From a virus (lineage: Duplodnaviria; Caudoviricetes): a stretch of DNA of 56,357 bases. Both the position numbers and the translations under genes were made by a program. This document shows positions 45,775 to 55,447 of the stretch, piece after piece. The stretch lies in the IMG/VR virus record IMGVR_UViG_3300047509_000227, positions 1 through 56,357 of that record; one strand, given 5' to 3'. Every line of letters starts with the position of its first letter. The first letter of the stretch is position 1. The notes below the pieces were generated by a model, which saw nothing but the letters and a program-made list of their open reading frames with translations, searched no databases and was not told the origin of the DNA.

Positions 45775-46365
45775 ATGGTGAGCAAGATTGAGTCTGCCGA
45801 GATGGTTGCCCGAGGGGAAGTGATGGAAATCTTCTCTCACGAGTCCCTTGGACATTTCAATGTCTCGGAGACGAGAAAATTGATCGCGACCTATCCAGAG
45901 CTGTTTCCACAGAGGGCAGCGAGATTTGCCGAGACGAGAATGGTGGATGGGATTCAGGTTGATGCCTGGGACTACATCTTCAAGTCGAGAGACATCTGCC
46001 AAGAGCGCGCGGCGAGCCTGACGGGAGAGCAGTTGATCGACCCGGCGATTGTGGTCGAGGTGCCGGAGGGAGTGAATGGGAACTTCGACAGGTCGCATCT
46101 CATTATCGACGGCATACACAGGGTCTTCAGAAGGAAGCAACTTGGTAAGCCGGAATACTATTTTTATCTGGTGCCGATGGCGGTTGTGCCGATGGTGCCA
46201 CACTGGGCAGTCGAAGTCTCGGACGCCCTCCGGCCGGACTTAGCGTGGGGCAAGTTCGATTTCGTCGGAGGTGTCTTTGTTGATAGAGAGACTGGAGAGA
46301 AGGTTGGAGACATTCCGGGGGTCTGGGAACACGGTCAACGAGTCGATCAACAAGGCAAGAGGTGA
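45775..46365 (+). CDS. ParB/Srx-like domain protein
   Basis: DPAIVV...LIIDGIHR. Confidence 0.65.
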   Translation: MVSKIESAEMVARGEVMEIFSHESLGHFNVSETRKLIATYPELFPQRAARFAETRMVDGIQVDAWDYIFKSRDICQERAASLTGEQLIDPAIVVEVPEGVNGNFDRSHLIIDGIHRVFRRKQLGKPEYYFYLVPMAVVPMVPHWAVEVSDALRPDLAWGKFDFVGGVFVDRETGEKVGDIPGVWEHGQRVDQQGKR

Positions 46366-46479
46366 TATTTGCGGCCCGAGCATGAGAAGTACGTGCTCGG
46401 CCCGCAGCGATCATTCGACGCTGCAAACCAACGGGCAGTAGCGAGTTAGAAGCTCGCCGACCCAGAAGGAGACACTACG

Positions 46480-47568
46480 ATGAGTGAACTGATGCAAGCC
46501 CACCAGCAATGGGCCTCCCGACCCGCAGATGAGCGTTTTACCTCTCTGATCGACATGCACAACCATTTCGTGGCGGCCAAGCTGGCCAGCCGAGAGACTG
46601 TCGTAGCGTCGAGACGACTTCATGCGCTCCCAGCCGAAGATAATAAGGGGCTGCTGCTGCAGGGTCCCTCCGGTGCAACGGCATCGCCGACGAACTGGGC
46701 CTTTGGGCAGCTCTGTGGGCTGGCGGAAGCTCCGGCGGGGTATATGCGGACTCTGCCGAGTCCGATCGTCGCGGACTGCGTCAACTACGGCCTGCAGTTT
46801 AAGCGCAATGTCGAGGATGTTGGGGTGCTATTGCAGCGAAATGGCTCGACCGAAGCCAGAGCGCTGACCGGCCCACGCTATGGTCGAGTGTGGAATGCGG
46901 AAATCTGCGAGGGCCTGGTGGAGAGGTTCGGGAATGGGACTACCGACAGCGACTGGCGAGTGCCGGGAGAGTTTGGCAAGGCCATCACGGTGGATAAGGA
47001 CAACACCACGCTCTTCGCGGGGGATCGAGACATGTTTGTCTTCCTCGCCGACGAGACGAACAGAGTTATCCTCCCGGAGAGACGGGGTGGGAACGAAGGC
47101 AGTCTTGCGAGAGGGTTCTTTGTCTGGAACAGCGAGGTTGGATCGGCTACGCTGGGTATCTCGACGTTTCTCTTCGACTATGCGTGCTGTAATCGCATCG
47201 TGTGGGGAGCGAAACAATACAAGCAGGTGAAAATCCGCCACACGCCAGGAGCGCCCGTTCGGTGGTTGGACGAGGTGCAACCTGCGCTGCAGGCCATGCA
47301 CACGAGCGGGACGCACAATATCGTTCTGGCGATTGAGAACGCTCGGAAAGCGAGGATCGACGATGTCGAGGATTTTCTCGCGAAGCGCTTCGGGAAGCGA
47401 ATGCCAGCGATGTTGCAAGATGTGAGCATGGAAGAAGAGGGCCATCCGGTGGAGACGCTGTGGGACGCGGCCACGGCCGTCACGGCCTATGCGAAGCGGA
47501 TCAAGTGGCAAGACGATCGAGTCGCGCTTGAGACGAAGGCGGGAGAGCTTCTCGATCTCGCAGCCTGA
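46480..47568 (+). CDS. DUF932-like protein
   Basis: QWASRPADERF; FAGDRDMFVFL; GFFVWNSEVG; CCNRIVWG. Confidence 0.8.
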   Translation: MSELMQAHQQWASRPADERFTSLIDMHNHFVAAKLASRETVVASRRLHALPAEDNKGLLLQGPSGATASPTNWAFGQLCGLAEAPAGYMRTLPSPIVADCVNYGLQFKRNVEDVGVLLQRNGSTEARALTGPRYGRVWNAEICEGLVERFGNGTTDSDWRVPGEFGKAITVDKDNTTLFAGDRDMFVFLADETNRVILPERRGGNEGSLARGFFVWNSEVGSATLGISTFLFDYACCNRIVWGAKQYKQVKIRHTPGAPVRWLDEVQPALQAMHTSGTHNIVLAIENARKARIDDVEDFLAKRFGKRMPAMLQDVSMEEEGHPVETLWDAATAVTAYAKRIKWQDDRVALETKAGELLDLAA

Positions 47569-47593
47569 GCGCTTCGCGAAGAAGGAGACTGAA

Positions 47594-47914
47594 ATGGCGA
47601 TGACATCTGACCCAGTCTTGGACAACAACTTCGAGGATGGGCTTAAGACACTCATCCCAGACTACATGCGGCAGGGGCTTCGGGACTACTACTATCGAGG
47701 CACTCCTCCCGGGCACTTCCTCAAGGCCGTTCTCACGAACGACTTCCTCGAGATGTGCAACCGAGCTGATTTGACAAATCAGCACGCATTTATGAACTAC
47801 GGACGGTTTGTCTATAACCACATGCCAATCGGCTCATACGGCTCGAAAGAGAACTATGAGAAGTGGATGGAACGACGCCGTCCGAGGTCTGCGGAGACCA
47901 ACCTCCCGGAGTAG
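47594..47914 (+). CDS. Conserved-looking hypothetical phage protein
   Basis: IPDYM..G..PGHFL.AVL.ND..RAD. Confidence 0.75.
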   Translation: MAMTSDPVLDNNFEDGLKTLIPDYMRQGLRDYYYRGTPPGHFLKAVLTNDFLEMCNRADLTNQHAFMNYGRFVYNHMPIGSYGSKENYEKWMERRRPRSAETNLPE

Positions 47915-47928
47915 AAAGTCTCCGCAAA

Positions 47929-47971
47929 GGCAGCCCCCTCTTTAATGCCCCAAGCCGAAGAGGGGGCTGTC
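47929..47971. other. Intergenic inverted repeat (terminator or processing hairpin)
   Basis: GGCAGCCCCCTCTT/AAGAGGGGGCTGTC. Confidence 0.5.
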
Positions 47972-48004
47972 ACCTTCCAACAGTCAACAACGAGGCACCA
48001 GCAG

Positions 48005-48187
48005 ATGGCCAACGACGCGACGAGAGGTGATCTTGTAAATGACTGTAGAGAGTCGTTCAAGGTCATTGCGGAGGAGATCGGGTTTGGTAACTTCACGCCG
48101 CAATGGCTTGAGAAGCTCAACTGGGACCAGCTGGATGGTCTGAGTTCTTTCTTGGATGCGGTCTGGAGTGAAGTGAGGCAGCCGTGA
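48005..48187 (+). CDS. Hypothetical protein
   Basis: Start MANDATRG. Confidence 0.55.
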   Translation: MANDATRGDLVNDCRESFKVIAEEIGFGNFTPQWLEKLNWDQLDGLSSFLDAVWSEVRQP

Positions 48188-48384
48188 TTACAACAATCGT
48201 CCTTGGCTCTCGGAAGACGTGGCTTGCATTCGCTTACGATCATGGGATCAATCCTCTGGATCGTCGGTATGTGTGGACTGAAGATCGGAGCGAAGTGATA
48301 CAGGGTCTTGAAGTCGGGACTGTTATAATAGTCTCGCCAGTTGGCAGGGATTTGCTCATCGAGGCATTGGCGAGGATGCGATGA
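48184..48384 (+). CDS. Hypothetical protein
   Basis: GTGA/ATGA coupling. Confidence 0.55.
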   Translation: MITTIVLGSRKTWLAFAYDHGINPLDRRYVWTEDRSEVIQGLEVGTVIIVSPVGRDLLIEALARMR

Positions 48385-48539
48385 GACGCATCTGGTGCCT
48401 CCTGTTTGGCCATCAATGGGCCAGGGCAACGCTCGGCGCTCCGCATGACGCGCTCTGCGCGCGCTGCAAAGCCTTTCGATACAGTTGGCTCCCCGGCAAG
48501 ACCGGGCAACAAGAGTGGACGAGAGAAAAGGGAGGATAA
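48381..48539 (+). CDS. DUF1660-like small zinc-binding protein
   Basis: Read by eye: MRRIWCLLFGHQW...CARC. Confidence 0.6.
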   Translation: MRRIWCLLFGHQWARATLGAPHDALCARCKAFRYSWLPGKTGQQEWTREKGG

Positions 48540-49748
48540 GTGATGCCGGGAGGACTTTTGGGAGTCGTGGGGGCGGCAGGGCCAGTTGGGTATAATCCTT
48601 TCGGGGGCTATATGGTATACAAGCCCGACTCGGACGAAGTGTTTCTCGTCGAACTCAGTGTCTCGGGAGGCGGGGCTGATGGGCTCAAGCGCTTCACAGT
48701 CGGAACGACCGGGACCGAGACGCAGCAGCAGCTTGAGTCTGCGATGGGCCTCGGAGATGTCTTGTCGAATACGATGTGCTACCATCCGAACACGAGCGAG
48801 CTGTTCGCGGATCTCGGAACCAGCAACTCTCGGCCAATCTCGAGGATAAATGGGACGACGCTTGTTCAGAGCGAAGTATATGGGATCTCGTCGGCGTCGT
48901 TGCTACCGAGTTCGATTGGTCCGCCCGTACAGATCGTGGCCTCAAGGCAATTCCTGCCGGTGTGGAACCTCAATCAGAGCCTTCTGTTCTCGGCCGCAAT
49001 CGTCCTCGCGGAAGTCTGCGCCGTCGATGTGACGGAGGGAGGGGTGATGAACCTCGTTTATGTCGCGAACGTGACGGAGGCCCATGCGAGGCTCGGCCCG
49101 GGAGTCAACGGCAATCAGTGTCTCTTCTACGCCATCGGCTATGGGACGTTTCCGTCGGGGGCGGCGCTCTCACTCTACGAGTATGATGCGTCGAGTGGCA
49201 TCTCGCGCCGAACAGTCAGGACAATCGTGCCCACAGATATTGATCCTCTCTGGACGACCTTTGGCGATTTTAATGGCCCAGGGTATGACTCGGCAGACGG
49301 AAGGGTGCTCTGTTTCTTTCAGACAAACGATGCGGTGCCCAATCAGCAGTATCTGGTCAAATTCGACCCCCTCGTTGGGGCAATAAAGTGGACGCTGCCG
49401 GTGAGTGCATACGCGGTGATGGATATGCAGCAGTCGTCGTTCCCGGGCCAACTCATTGGGCAGAACCTCATAACAGTGAACTTCATTGCGGTTGTCAATC
49501 TCCAAGATGGCACCGTAGTTGAGATTGAGTACAACCACGGCCTGGGGACGATGGAACAGCAGATATTTGCCCGCCAAGCCAATTTGGGGGTGCTCATTAC
49601 AGGAAGCTACGCGCAGGGAGCGGGGCCGGTGCCGGAGTATCTCGGGGCCTACTTGGCCGCCAACGCGAACGTCCTGCCAGTCCACCGACACGGCCGAGTC
49701 TGGCCAGGAACGCCCGAGGGACAACGATCTTACGTGGAGATTATCTGA
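48540..49748 (+). CDS. Beta-rich (propeller-like) hypothetical protein
   Basis: 402 aa; repeated short strands; strong SD GGAGG. Confidence 0.7.
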   Translation: MMPGGLLGVVGAAGPVGYNPFGGYMVYKPDSDEVFLVELSVSGGGADGLKRFTVGTTGTETQQQLESAMGLGDVLSNTMCYHPNTSELFADLGTSNSRPISRINGTTLVQSEVYGISSASLLPSSIGPPVQIVASRQFLPVWNLNQSLLFSAAIVLAEVCAVDVTEGGVMNLVYVANVTEAHARLGPGVNGNQCLFYAIGYGTFPSGAALSLYEYDASSGISRRTVRTIVPTDIDPLWTTFGDFNGPGYDSADGRVLCFFQTNDAVPNQQYLVKFDPLVGAIKWTLPVSAYAVMDMQQSSFPGQLIGQNLITVNFIAVVNLQDGTVVEIEYNHGLGTMEQQIFARQANLGVLITGSYAQGAGPVPEYLGAYLAANANVLPVHRHGRVWPGTPEGQRSYVEII

Positions 49749-50029
49749 TGGCCCTGCCCCTGCGCGAGCTTGAGAAGCGGATGGAAGAGGCCGGGGCGCT
49801 TCTTGCCGAAGTAGATGCGCACAATAAAGCTGGATCAAGGCCGAGTGTTTGCGCTGCCGGATTTCCACTACGAAATACCGACGACGAAGGAAAGTGCAAA
49901 GAGTGTGGCGGCTCACCCGATACAGGATGCTACCGCGCGAATAGCATAGAGCGTGCCTTCTATCACAGAGCGCTCGCCCTCATCCGTGCGCTGATTTCCA
50001 CCCATCCCCACACGGCAGGAGAACGATGA
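49748..50029 (+). CDS. Hypothetical Cys-containing protein
   Basis: CKECG. Confidence 0.55.
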   Translation: MALPLRELEKRMEEAGALLAEVDAHNKAGSRPSVCAAGFPLRNTDDEGKCKECGGSPDTGCYRANSIERAFYHRALALIRALISTHPHTAGER

Positions 50030-50196
50030 TGGCCCGCGATCTTCAAAACTTCTCGCTACGAAATTTCACACAGCGCGAACTTGAATGGGAACAGTTCCGG
50101 TTAAACCAACTCTGGCCACGCGACTATGAGCGTGAGCAAGAAGTGGAAGATGAAATTGAGCGGCGCGGATACATTGGTTACGGAGTATCCCCATGA
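50026..50196 (+). CDS. Small hypothetical protein (56 aa)
   Basis: Read by eye; SD AGGAGA; ATGA coupling at both ends. Confidence 0.55.
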   Translation: MMARDLQNFSLRNFTQRELEWEQFRLNQLWPRDYEREQEVEDEIERRGYIGYGVSP

Positions 50197-51191
50197 CCTC
50201 CCCGAACCCGAAGGCGGTAGAGGCTGCGGGCGAGATGCAGGCCGCTGGCGAGCGGGCCATGCTGGAATGTACGCGAGCAGGTTTCGGCCCCGACGTGACA
50301 GTTGGCAAAATCATCGAGGCTGTTAGACCTCTGATCGAAACATCGGTGCGTGGCGAAACGGTAAACGCGGAGGGCTTAAACCCCGTCCATCATGCAGGTT
50401 CGAATCCTGTCGCACCGCCCACCCCCCGCTCGCCCGGCGATGTGGGGGAGATACGCGAGCGGCATGAGCGGGATGAAAAAGCGCGCATAAACGGATGGGA
50501 AGGGTTCCACGACATGGATCGCGTGGCTGCCCGTCATACGGACCGCGCCACGCTCCTCGCCCACATCACCCGCCTCTCCGCGGCCCTCGCAGAGCGGGAC
50601 GCTGCAAAGCAAGAGTTGGTGAGCCTGTTTTGCAACGAGGAAATGGCGCTCGGAAACGAAGGTGATATCGCTGGCTGGCAAACCGAACACGCGGCCGTCG
50701 TTGCGATCCGTAGGCTACGCGCATCCCTCGCAGAAGCCGAGGCGACAAACGCGCTGCTGCGAAACGACTATGAGGTTGAGCAGCGCAAACGCCTCTTTCT
50801 GCAATGGAAGTTGGTCGAGATACGGGCGGAGGCAATTAAAGACCCGAAAGACCGCGCCGCTGAAATTGCGAAAGCAAAGGATGCGTTGAAAACGCTTGGC
50901 AATCCTGTTCTTGAGCGGGAGGTTGAGAATGCCGCCAAACGCGCTGTCGTCCAACACGAGATTATAGCGGGCTACCAATCCACCATTGCCACACTCACCG
51001 CACAGGTGGAGGGGATCAGGGAAGAGTGCGCGAAGATTGCAATGCGCTGGGCAGAAACGGTGGCGATAATCTTAGAAGGTAGCGACCGTGAAATGACCCC
51101 TGATGAACTGCGTGCCGCGAAGTTAGCTGGTTACGAGATAGCTGAGCAAATCCGCTCCGCCCGACAGCCCGAGACGGGAGGGAAGGAATGA
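50193..51191 (+). CDS. Mosaic coiled-coil phage protein
   Basis: EIRERHE..HTDRATLL; REECAKIA..AEQIRS modules. Confidence 0.7.
   Translation: MTSPNPKAVEAAGEMQAAGERAMLECTRAGFGPDVTVGKIIEAVRPLIETSVRGETVNAEGLNPVHHAGSNPVAPPTPRSPGDVGEIRERHERDEKARINGWEGFHDMDRVAARHTDRATLLAHITRLSAALAERDAAKQELVSLFCNEEMALGNEGDIAGWQTEHAAVVAIRRLRASLAEAEATNALLRNDYEVEQRKRLFLQWKLVEIRAEAIKDPKDRAAEIAKAKDALKTLGNPVLEREVENAAKRAVVQHEIIAGYQSTIATLTAQVEGIREECAKIAMRWAETVAIILEGSDREMTPDELRAAKLAGYEIAEQIRSARQPETGGKE
50344..50421 (+). tRNA. tRNA-Leu(UAA)-like element, possibly degenerate, inside a CDS
   Basis: Acceptor CGGTGCG/CGCACCG, D-arm GCGAAACGGTAAACGC, loop CTTAAAC, T-arm GCAGG-TTCGAAT-CCTGT, encoded CCA. Confidence 0.65.
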
Positions 51192-51413
51192 GATTGTTGC
51201 GCGATAGCGATGGCATTCTAAGCGATATTCGCTACATCCTGTTCTACGGCTGGGCATATCGGCCGTTGATGAAATTAGCGCATCGAATGGGATGGCACCA
51301 CATGAAGGTTTGCTACCCGGACGGCGATACGATGCTCCTGGTGCCAACGGTGTGGCGCACGCTGTGTCGTGCAATCGCTACCCCACACGAAAGCGCGCGG
51401 AGGGGCGGAATGA
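51188..51413 (+). pseudogene. Probably frameshifted small zinc-finger gene
   Basis: Removing one C near 51338 gives ...YPDGDTMLWCQRCGAR ending in an ATGA overlap. Confidence 0.45.
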
Positions 51414-51528
51414 GACTCGGTCGTTTGTCGATTCAGTATCGTGGCCGTTCGTGGGACTGGAAACGAAATTCGGCCACAAGGTGGCCGTAGCAACGCCCCC
51501 TCTGTGGGGCAAATCGAGGAGAGCAAAA

Positions 51529-51744
51529 ATGAAGGTGAGTGATTTGATCGAGGTCCTCAAGAAGTGCCCCCCAGCTAACGAGGTCAAAATCCTCGGAGAG
51601 GTCGAGGGAGTCGATCTGGACATCTGTCCCAGTGTAGTGGTGATGCACCCGAGTAAGGCCTATGTGGCGCTTCTCCCAGACTATGGCGATGTCGATGTCG
51701 ATAGTGGGGAGCAAGTTCTCTACGAGGGCGCCCCCGAGGGCTGA
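51529..51744 (+). CDS. Small hypothetical phage protein
   Basis: MKVSDLIEVLKKCP..EV; SD GAGGAG. Confidence 0.7.
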   Translation: MKVSDLIEVLKKCPPANEVKILGEVEGVDLDICPSVVVMHPSKAYVALLPDYGDVDVDSGEQVLYEGAPEG

Positions 51745-51848
51745 AGAGGATTGGGCCAGTCAGGCAGCTCTGCGTCTGCCTTCGCACCCCAATAATTGCT
51801 CTGCCTGAAGGCTGGATAAAGCAGGGCGCTATTTCGAGGCACCAAGAG

Positions 51849-52199
51849 ATGGACACCGATATCGACATGAACTCCCCACACATACAACAGGCTAAGAGGC
51901 TCCTACAAGCCAGGCTCGAAGTTATTGAGACCGAGGTTTGTAAGCTTGCCCTGACGGACGATCTTGTGGGTGATAAGAAGCTCGCAGCAAAGTGGGGGAA
52001 AGAGTTTTACCTTCCTGCAGTGCAGGCCCTTGCAACCTGCGACGTGGATGAAATTCGAGCCGCACTCAGCCAAGCCATCAAAGCGGTGGCGATCTTGTCG
52101 GTCTGGCTACCAGCAGAGGCCGGAGTGGACGGACCAATTCTGCTAGCTATCGCGGACCATAGAGAGAAGTTTGGTAAACTCATCAAAGGGCAAAGCTGA
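51849..52199 (+). CDS. Hypothetical protein
   Basis: 116-aa ORF coupled to the next gene. Confidence 0.55.
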   Translation: MDTDIDMNSPHIQQAKRLLQARLEVIETEVCKLALTDDLVGDKKLAAKWGKEFYLPAVQALATCDVDEIRAALSQAIKAVAILSVWLPAEAGVDGPILLAIADHREKFGKLIKGQS

Positions 52200-52648
52200 T
52201 GACGACGAATTATATGAGCCTCCTCGTCGGCGCACACTTCCGGCCTCCAGCCAAGGCCGTTATTGAGAGCCTCCCGGCGGGGGCAGAGCTGACGCTCGAG
52301 CCAGAGCCCGAGAATCAGTACGACGAGTACGCCATCAAGGTCCTCGTCAGGGCCGAGGCGGTTCCAGCCAGCCAACAGGACGACTTACGAGAGAAGTGTC
52401 TCTTGATGGGCGCGGACTGGGACGAACTTCTGCTCGCGACGGAGCCCCTCCATCTTGGGTATCTCATCTCGGCGACGAACAAGAAACTTGGGGCTTGGAC
52501 GCCGAACACAATCATCAGCGATGTGCTATCGCGTGGGCCGGACTGGACGGCGAGGCTCGGCTTCAGCGACAAGGGCGAGCCGATGGTGATCGTGAGTGTC
52601 GAGGATGAGGCCGAGCCCCCTGTTTCGGACGGGGAGGACAACTCGTGA
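52199..52648 (+). CDS. HIRAN-domain protein
   Basis: LVGAHFR..LTLEPEPENQYDEYAIKV..HLGY. Confidence 0.8.
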   Translation: MTTNYMSLLVGAHFRPPAKAVIESLPAGAELTLEPEPENQYDEYAIKVLVRAEAVPASQQDDLREKCLLMGADWDELLLATEPLHLGYLISATNKKLGAWTPNTIISDVLSRGPDWTARLGFSDKGEPMVIVSVEDEAEPPVSDGEDNS

Positions 52649-52851
52649 CACCTGAGCAGTTTGCCTCTCTGCGGGAGGGCGATCGGATTAAGCATCCAAT
52701 GGCAGGGACGGAGTGGATGGTCGCGATGGTCCTCGATAGGGCCGAGGGCCGGACGCTTTCGCTCGTCGCGACCTCGACGATCTGTTTGAGTCATCTTGAC
52801 TCGAAAGATTGGCTGCTGATGCCAAGGCCAAGATGGAGACTTCGGGCATGA
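52645..52851 (+). CDS. Small SH3-like hypothetical protein
   Basis: LREGDRIKH. Confidence 0.6.
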   Translation: MTPEQFASLREGDRIKHPMAGTEWMVAMVLDRAEGRTLSLVATSTICLSHLDSKDWLLMPRPRWRLRA

Positions 52852-53345
52852 CCACCAAGGACGAACTGGGGATTAAGTCTGCGGAGTTGTTCTCCGAGAA
52901 ACGCCCGGGAGGGATACTCCGTCAGTTGTTTGTAACAGCGGCCCATGATATGACCTCAGGTGTGCCAGGGCGAAACTACGGTCAACACGGCACGGACTGG
53001 TGGTTTGTCGTGAGCAGAAATGGGGAGGCCGCTGTTGCTTTGCGCTGGATGTTCCCCTTCCGGCTCAGGCGGAATAGAAGAGATGATGAGAGCTCGTTTA
53101 CTGGACTTGGCGATCTCTCGTTTCACTCGCATATCAGGCTGAGCGAGTACGATAGCCCCTGTGATAAGTGCCAGTGGCTGAGTGAAAAGGAATGTTACTC
53201 GAGTTTGAGTTCGCTCGCAGCAGGGACAATCTTTGAACGGTTTGTCGCTGATCCAGCAGGACTTTGGGAAGCTCTTGAGGATCATCTCGTAAGTTTAGAG
53301 GTGCAGATTGCAATCGAGAAGGGCGAGGTGAGAAGTGGCGGTTGA
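52848..53345 (+). CDS. Hypothetical protein
   Basis: NYGQHG..DLSFHS..C..L...CY. Confidence 0.65.
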   Translation: MTTKDELGIKSAELFSEKRPGGILRQLFVTAAHDMTSGVPGRNYGQHGTDWWFVVSRNGEAAVALRWMFPFRLRRNRRDDESSFTGLGDLSFHSHIRLSEYDSPCDKCQWLSEKECYSSLSSLAAGTIFERFVADPAGLWEALEDHLVSLEVQIAIEKGEVRSGG

Positions 53346-54891
53346 TCCGACAGACGAGCAACTGGCGATCGCCGACGCTGCCAAGACGCGAAGTGAGTCG
53401 ATTCTTGTACCTGCATACGCAGGCTGCGCGAAGACGACTACCCTCACACTCGCGGCCCGCAACATAAAGGTCCCGGCCCTGGCACTGGCGTTTAATAAGC
53501 GCAACGCCGAGGATCTGAAGCCGCGCTTCGCGGGGAACTTCGTCGTTCGAACGCTCAATGGCCTCGGGCATCTGGCCTGGGCCAGGGGCAATCCCCGAGT
53601 CAACAAGTTCGAGATCGACGATAGGAAGCTCTCGAAACTCATCTCACTCGTCTGCAAAGACCGGCAGGTTGATCTTGCAGAGGAGCAGTGGGCAGCGCTT
53701 CGGGCGCTCGTACAGCGGGCCATGACCCAAGGGCTGGTTCCTGCGTCTACTGGCTTGCCAGGACTCGTAGCGGATGATGCGGATGGCTGGCTCGCCATCG
53801 GTGCCGATATTGGCCTCGATGACGACGACACGAGCTTCTTGTGGGAACTCGCCCGAGAGATTCTCGAAAAGGACATTGAGCTTGCAAGACAGGGTATTAT
53901 CTCGTTCGACGACCAAGTCTACTGTAGTGCAATGCTTGGGGGGCTCTTTCCGAAATATCCGGTTATTCTCACTGACGAGACGCAAGACTTCGCACCGCTG
54001 AACTTCGTGATGCTCCGAAAGGCGCTCCGGCCAGATGCTCGGCTGATGTCTGTGGGCGACGAAAAACAAAGCGTCTACGCCTTCCGTGGGGCGGATGGCG
54101 AGGCCATGACCACAGCGCAGACGCTGAGGGAGAACTGGGTCCATCTACCGCTGACGATGACCTTTCGGTGCCCGAAGTTGGTCGTGGGTCGCCAGCAGGC
54201 ACATGCCCCAGGCTTTCGGGCGTTTGAGGGCAATCGGCAGGGGCGCTTCGCACAGTGGTCGTTCTCGCCAGAAGACGTGGAGTTTGGTGCGGGGTGGACC
54301 TGGGCAGAGGTCGAGGCCCTCAGGCCGGTTGGTGGGTCGCTTGCGGTCCTTTGCAGGAATAACGGCCCGCTTATTGGGCTGGCCTTCCGACTCTTACGTC
54401 GGAATATCCCCTGTCATGTCCTTGGGCGGGACATCCTGAAGGGCGTCGTGGGCCTCATTCACAAGCTCTGCCCGGATGATAACGTCTCGTGCGAGACTCT
54501 CGTGGGGAGACTCACGGAGTGGACCGACACGCAGGTTGCTCTCGCGCTCGCCAACGATCAGTCGAACAAGGTCGAACAAATCTACGACAAGGCCGAGGCC
54601 ATTCGCTGTGCCATCGAGGGCGCCCAGGCAGCGACCGTCAAGCAACTCACTCAGGGGCTCGAGGCACTCTTCGCAAAGACTGAGGGGCGAGTCACGCTCG
54701 CCTCCATACACCGGGCGAAGGGCGCGGAGTGGGACCTCGTAGTGCACCTCGATTGGTGGCGCATCCCGAGCCGTTGGGCAACTACAGCTATCGCGAAGCG
54801 CCAAGAGTCTAATCTTCGCTACGTCTGCGAGACCCGGACGAGGGATGTGCTGGTGTTGGCCTCGCTCAATGAGATGAAAAAGGGAGACTAA
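53335..54891 (+). CDS. SF1 UvrD/Rep-like helicase
   Basis: AYAGCAKTT, DETQD, VGDEKQSVYAFRGA, TFRCP, SIHRAKGAEW, YVCETR. Confidence 0.9.
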   Translation: MAVDPTDEQLAIADAAKTRSESILVPAYAGCAKTTTLTLAARNIKVPALALAFNKRNAEDLKPRFAGNFVVRTLNGLGHLAWARGNPRVNKFEIDDRKLSKLISLVCKDRQVDLAEEQWAALRALVQRAMTQGLVPASTGLPGLVADDADGWLAIGADIGLDDDDTSFLWELAREILEKDIELARQGIISFDDQVYCSAMLGGLFPKYPVILTDETQDFAPLNFVMLRKALRPDARLMSVGDEKQSVYAFRGADGEAMTTAQTLRENWVHLPLTMTFRCPKLVVGRQQAHAPGFRAFEGNRQGRFAQWSFSPEDVEFGAGWTWAEVEALRPVGGSLAVLCRNNGPLIGLAFRLLRRNIPCHVLGRDILKGVVGLIHKLCPDDNVSCETLVGRLTEWTDTQVALALANDQSNKVEQIYDKAEAIRCAIEGAQAATVKQLTQGLEALFAKTEGRVTLASIHRAKGAEWDLVVHLDWWRIPSRWATTAIAKRQESNLRYVCETRTRDVLVLASLNEMKKGD

Positions 54892-54893
54892 AG

Positions 54894-55073
54894 ATGCCGC
54901 AGATGTCATCAATGGGTGAGGACGAACTCGAGAACTCTCGGGAGGAGTTTAAGAAATTCCTCGTGACGACTGGTGAGGCCGAGGCATATATGAAGATCTT
55001 CGAGACGGTTTTTATCTCAGGCTACATGGCGGGAGTTAAGCGTGGCCTGTCGTGGGCCAAGGAGCATCTCTGA
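54894..55073 (+). CDS. Small hypothetical protein (59 aa)
   Basis: Read by eye; SD GGGAGA. Confidence 0.55.
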   Translation: MPQMSSMGEDELENSREEFKKFLVTTGEAEAYMKIFETVFISGYMAGVKRGLSWAKEHL

Positions 55074-55447
55074 TGCCGGTGCCCTTTAGGGACCCATCTC
55101 GTAGACTCATGGGCGAGAGACCCTGTTGGATGAAGTGCTTCGTCGTTCTGCCTGATGTCGTGGTCGAGATCGCGAACGAACCTCAGAGGTTCGTGGCCCG
55201 AGTCATGGCCCCGAGGGGGCCACAGAGTGCCCACTGGGTCGAGACCCCTGCCCTGAGCTTAACAGATGTGGCGAAGCTGTTGATCGACTGGCACGACGGG
55301 CCGGAAGAGGCGCTCTGGCGCTGGTGGAAAGAGATAGAGCCGAACTCTGCGGTCTGGAGCGAGGGACGACGGGAGGGTCGGCAGGTCGTGACGAAGGTGC
55401 TGGTTGCGGCGGGGGATGTGGATGTGGAAGACCTTGATGGGCTCTGA
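55073..55447 (+). CDS. Hypothetical protein ending EDLDGL
   Basis: TGATG coupling. Confidence 0.65.
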   Translation: MPVPFRDPSRRLMGERPCWMKCFVVLPDVVVEIANEPQRFVARVMAPRGPQSAHWVETPALSLTDVAKLLIDWHDGPEEALWRWWKEIEPNSAVWSEGRREGRQVVTKVLVAAGDVDVEDLDGL

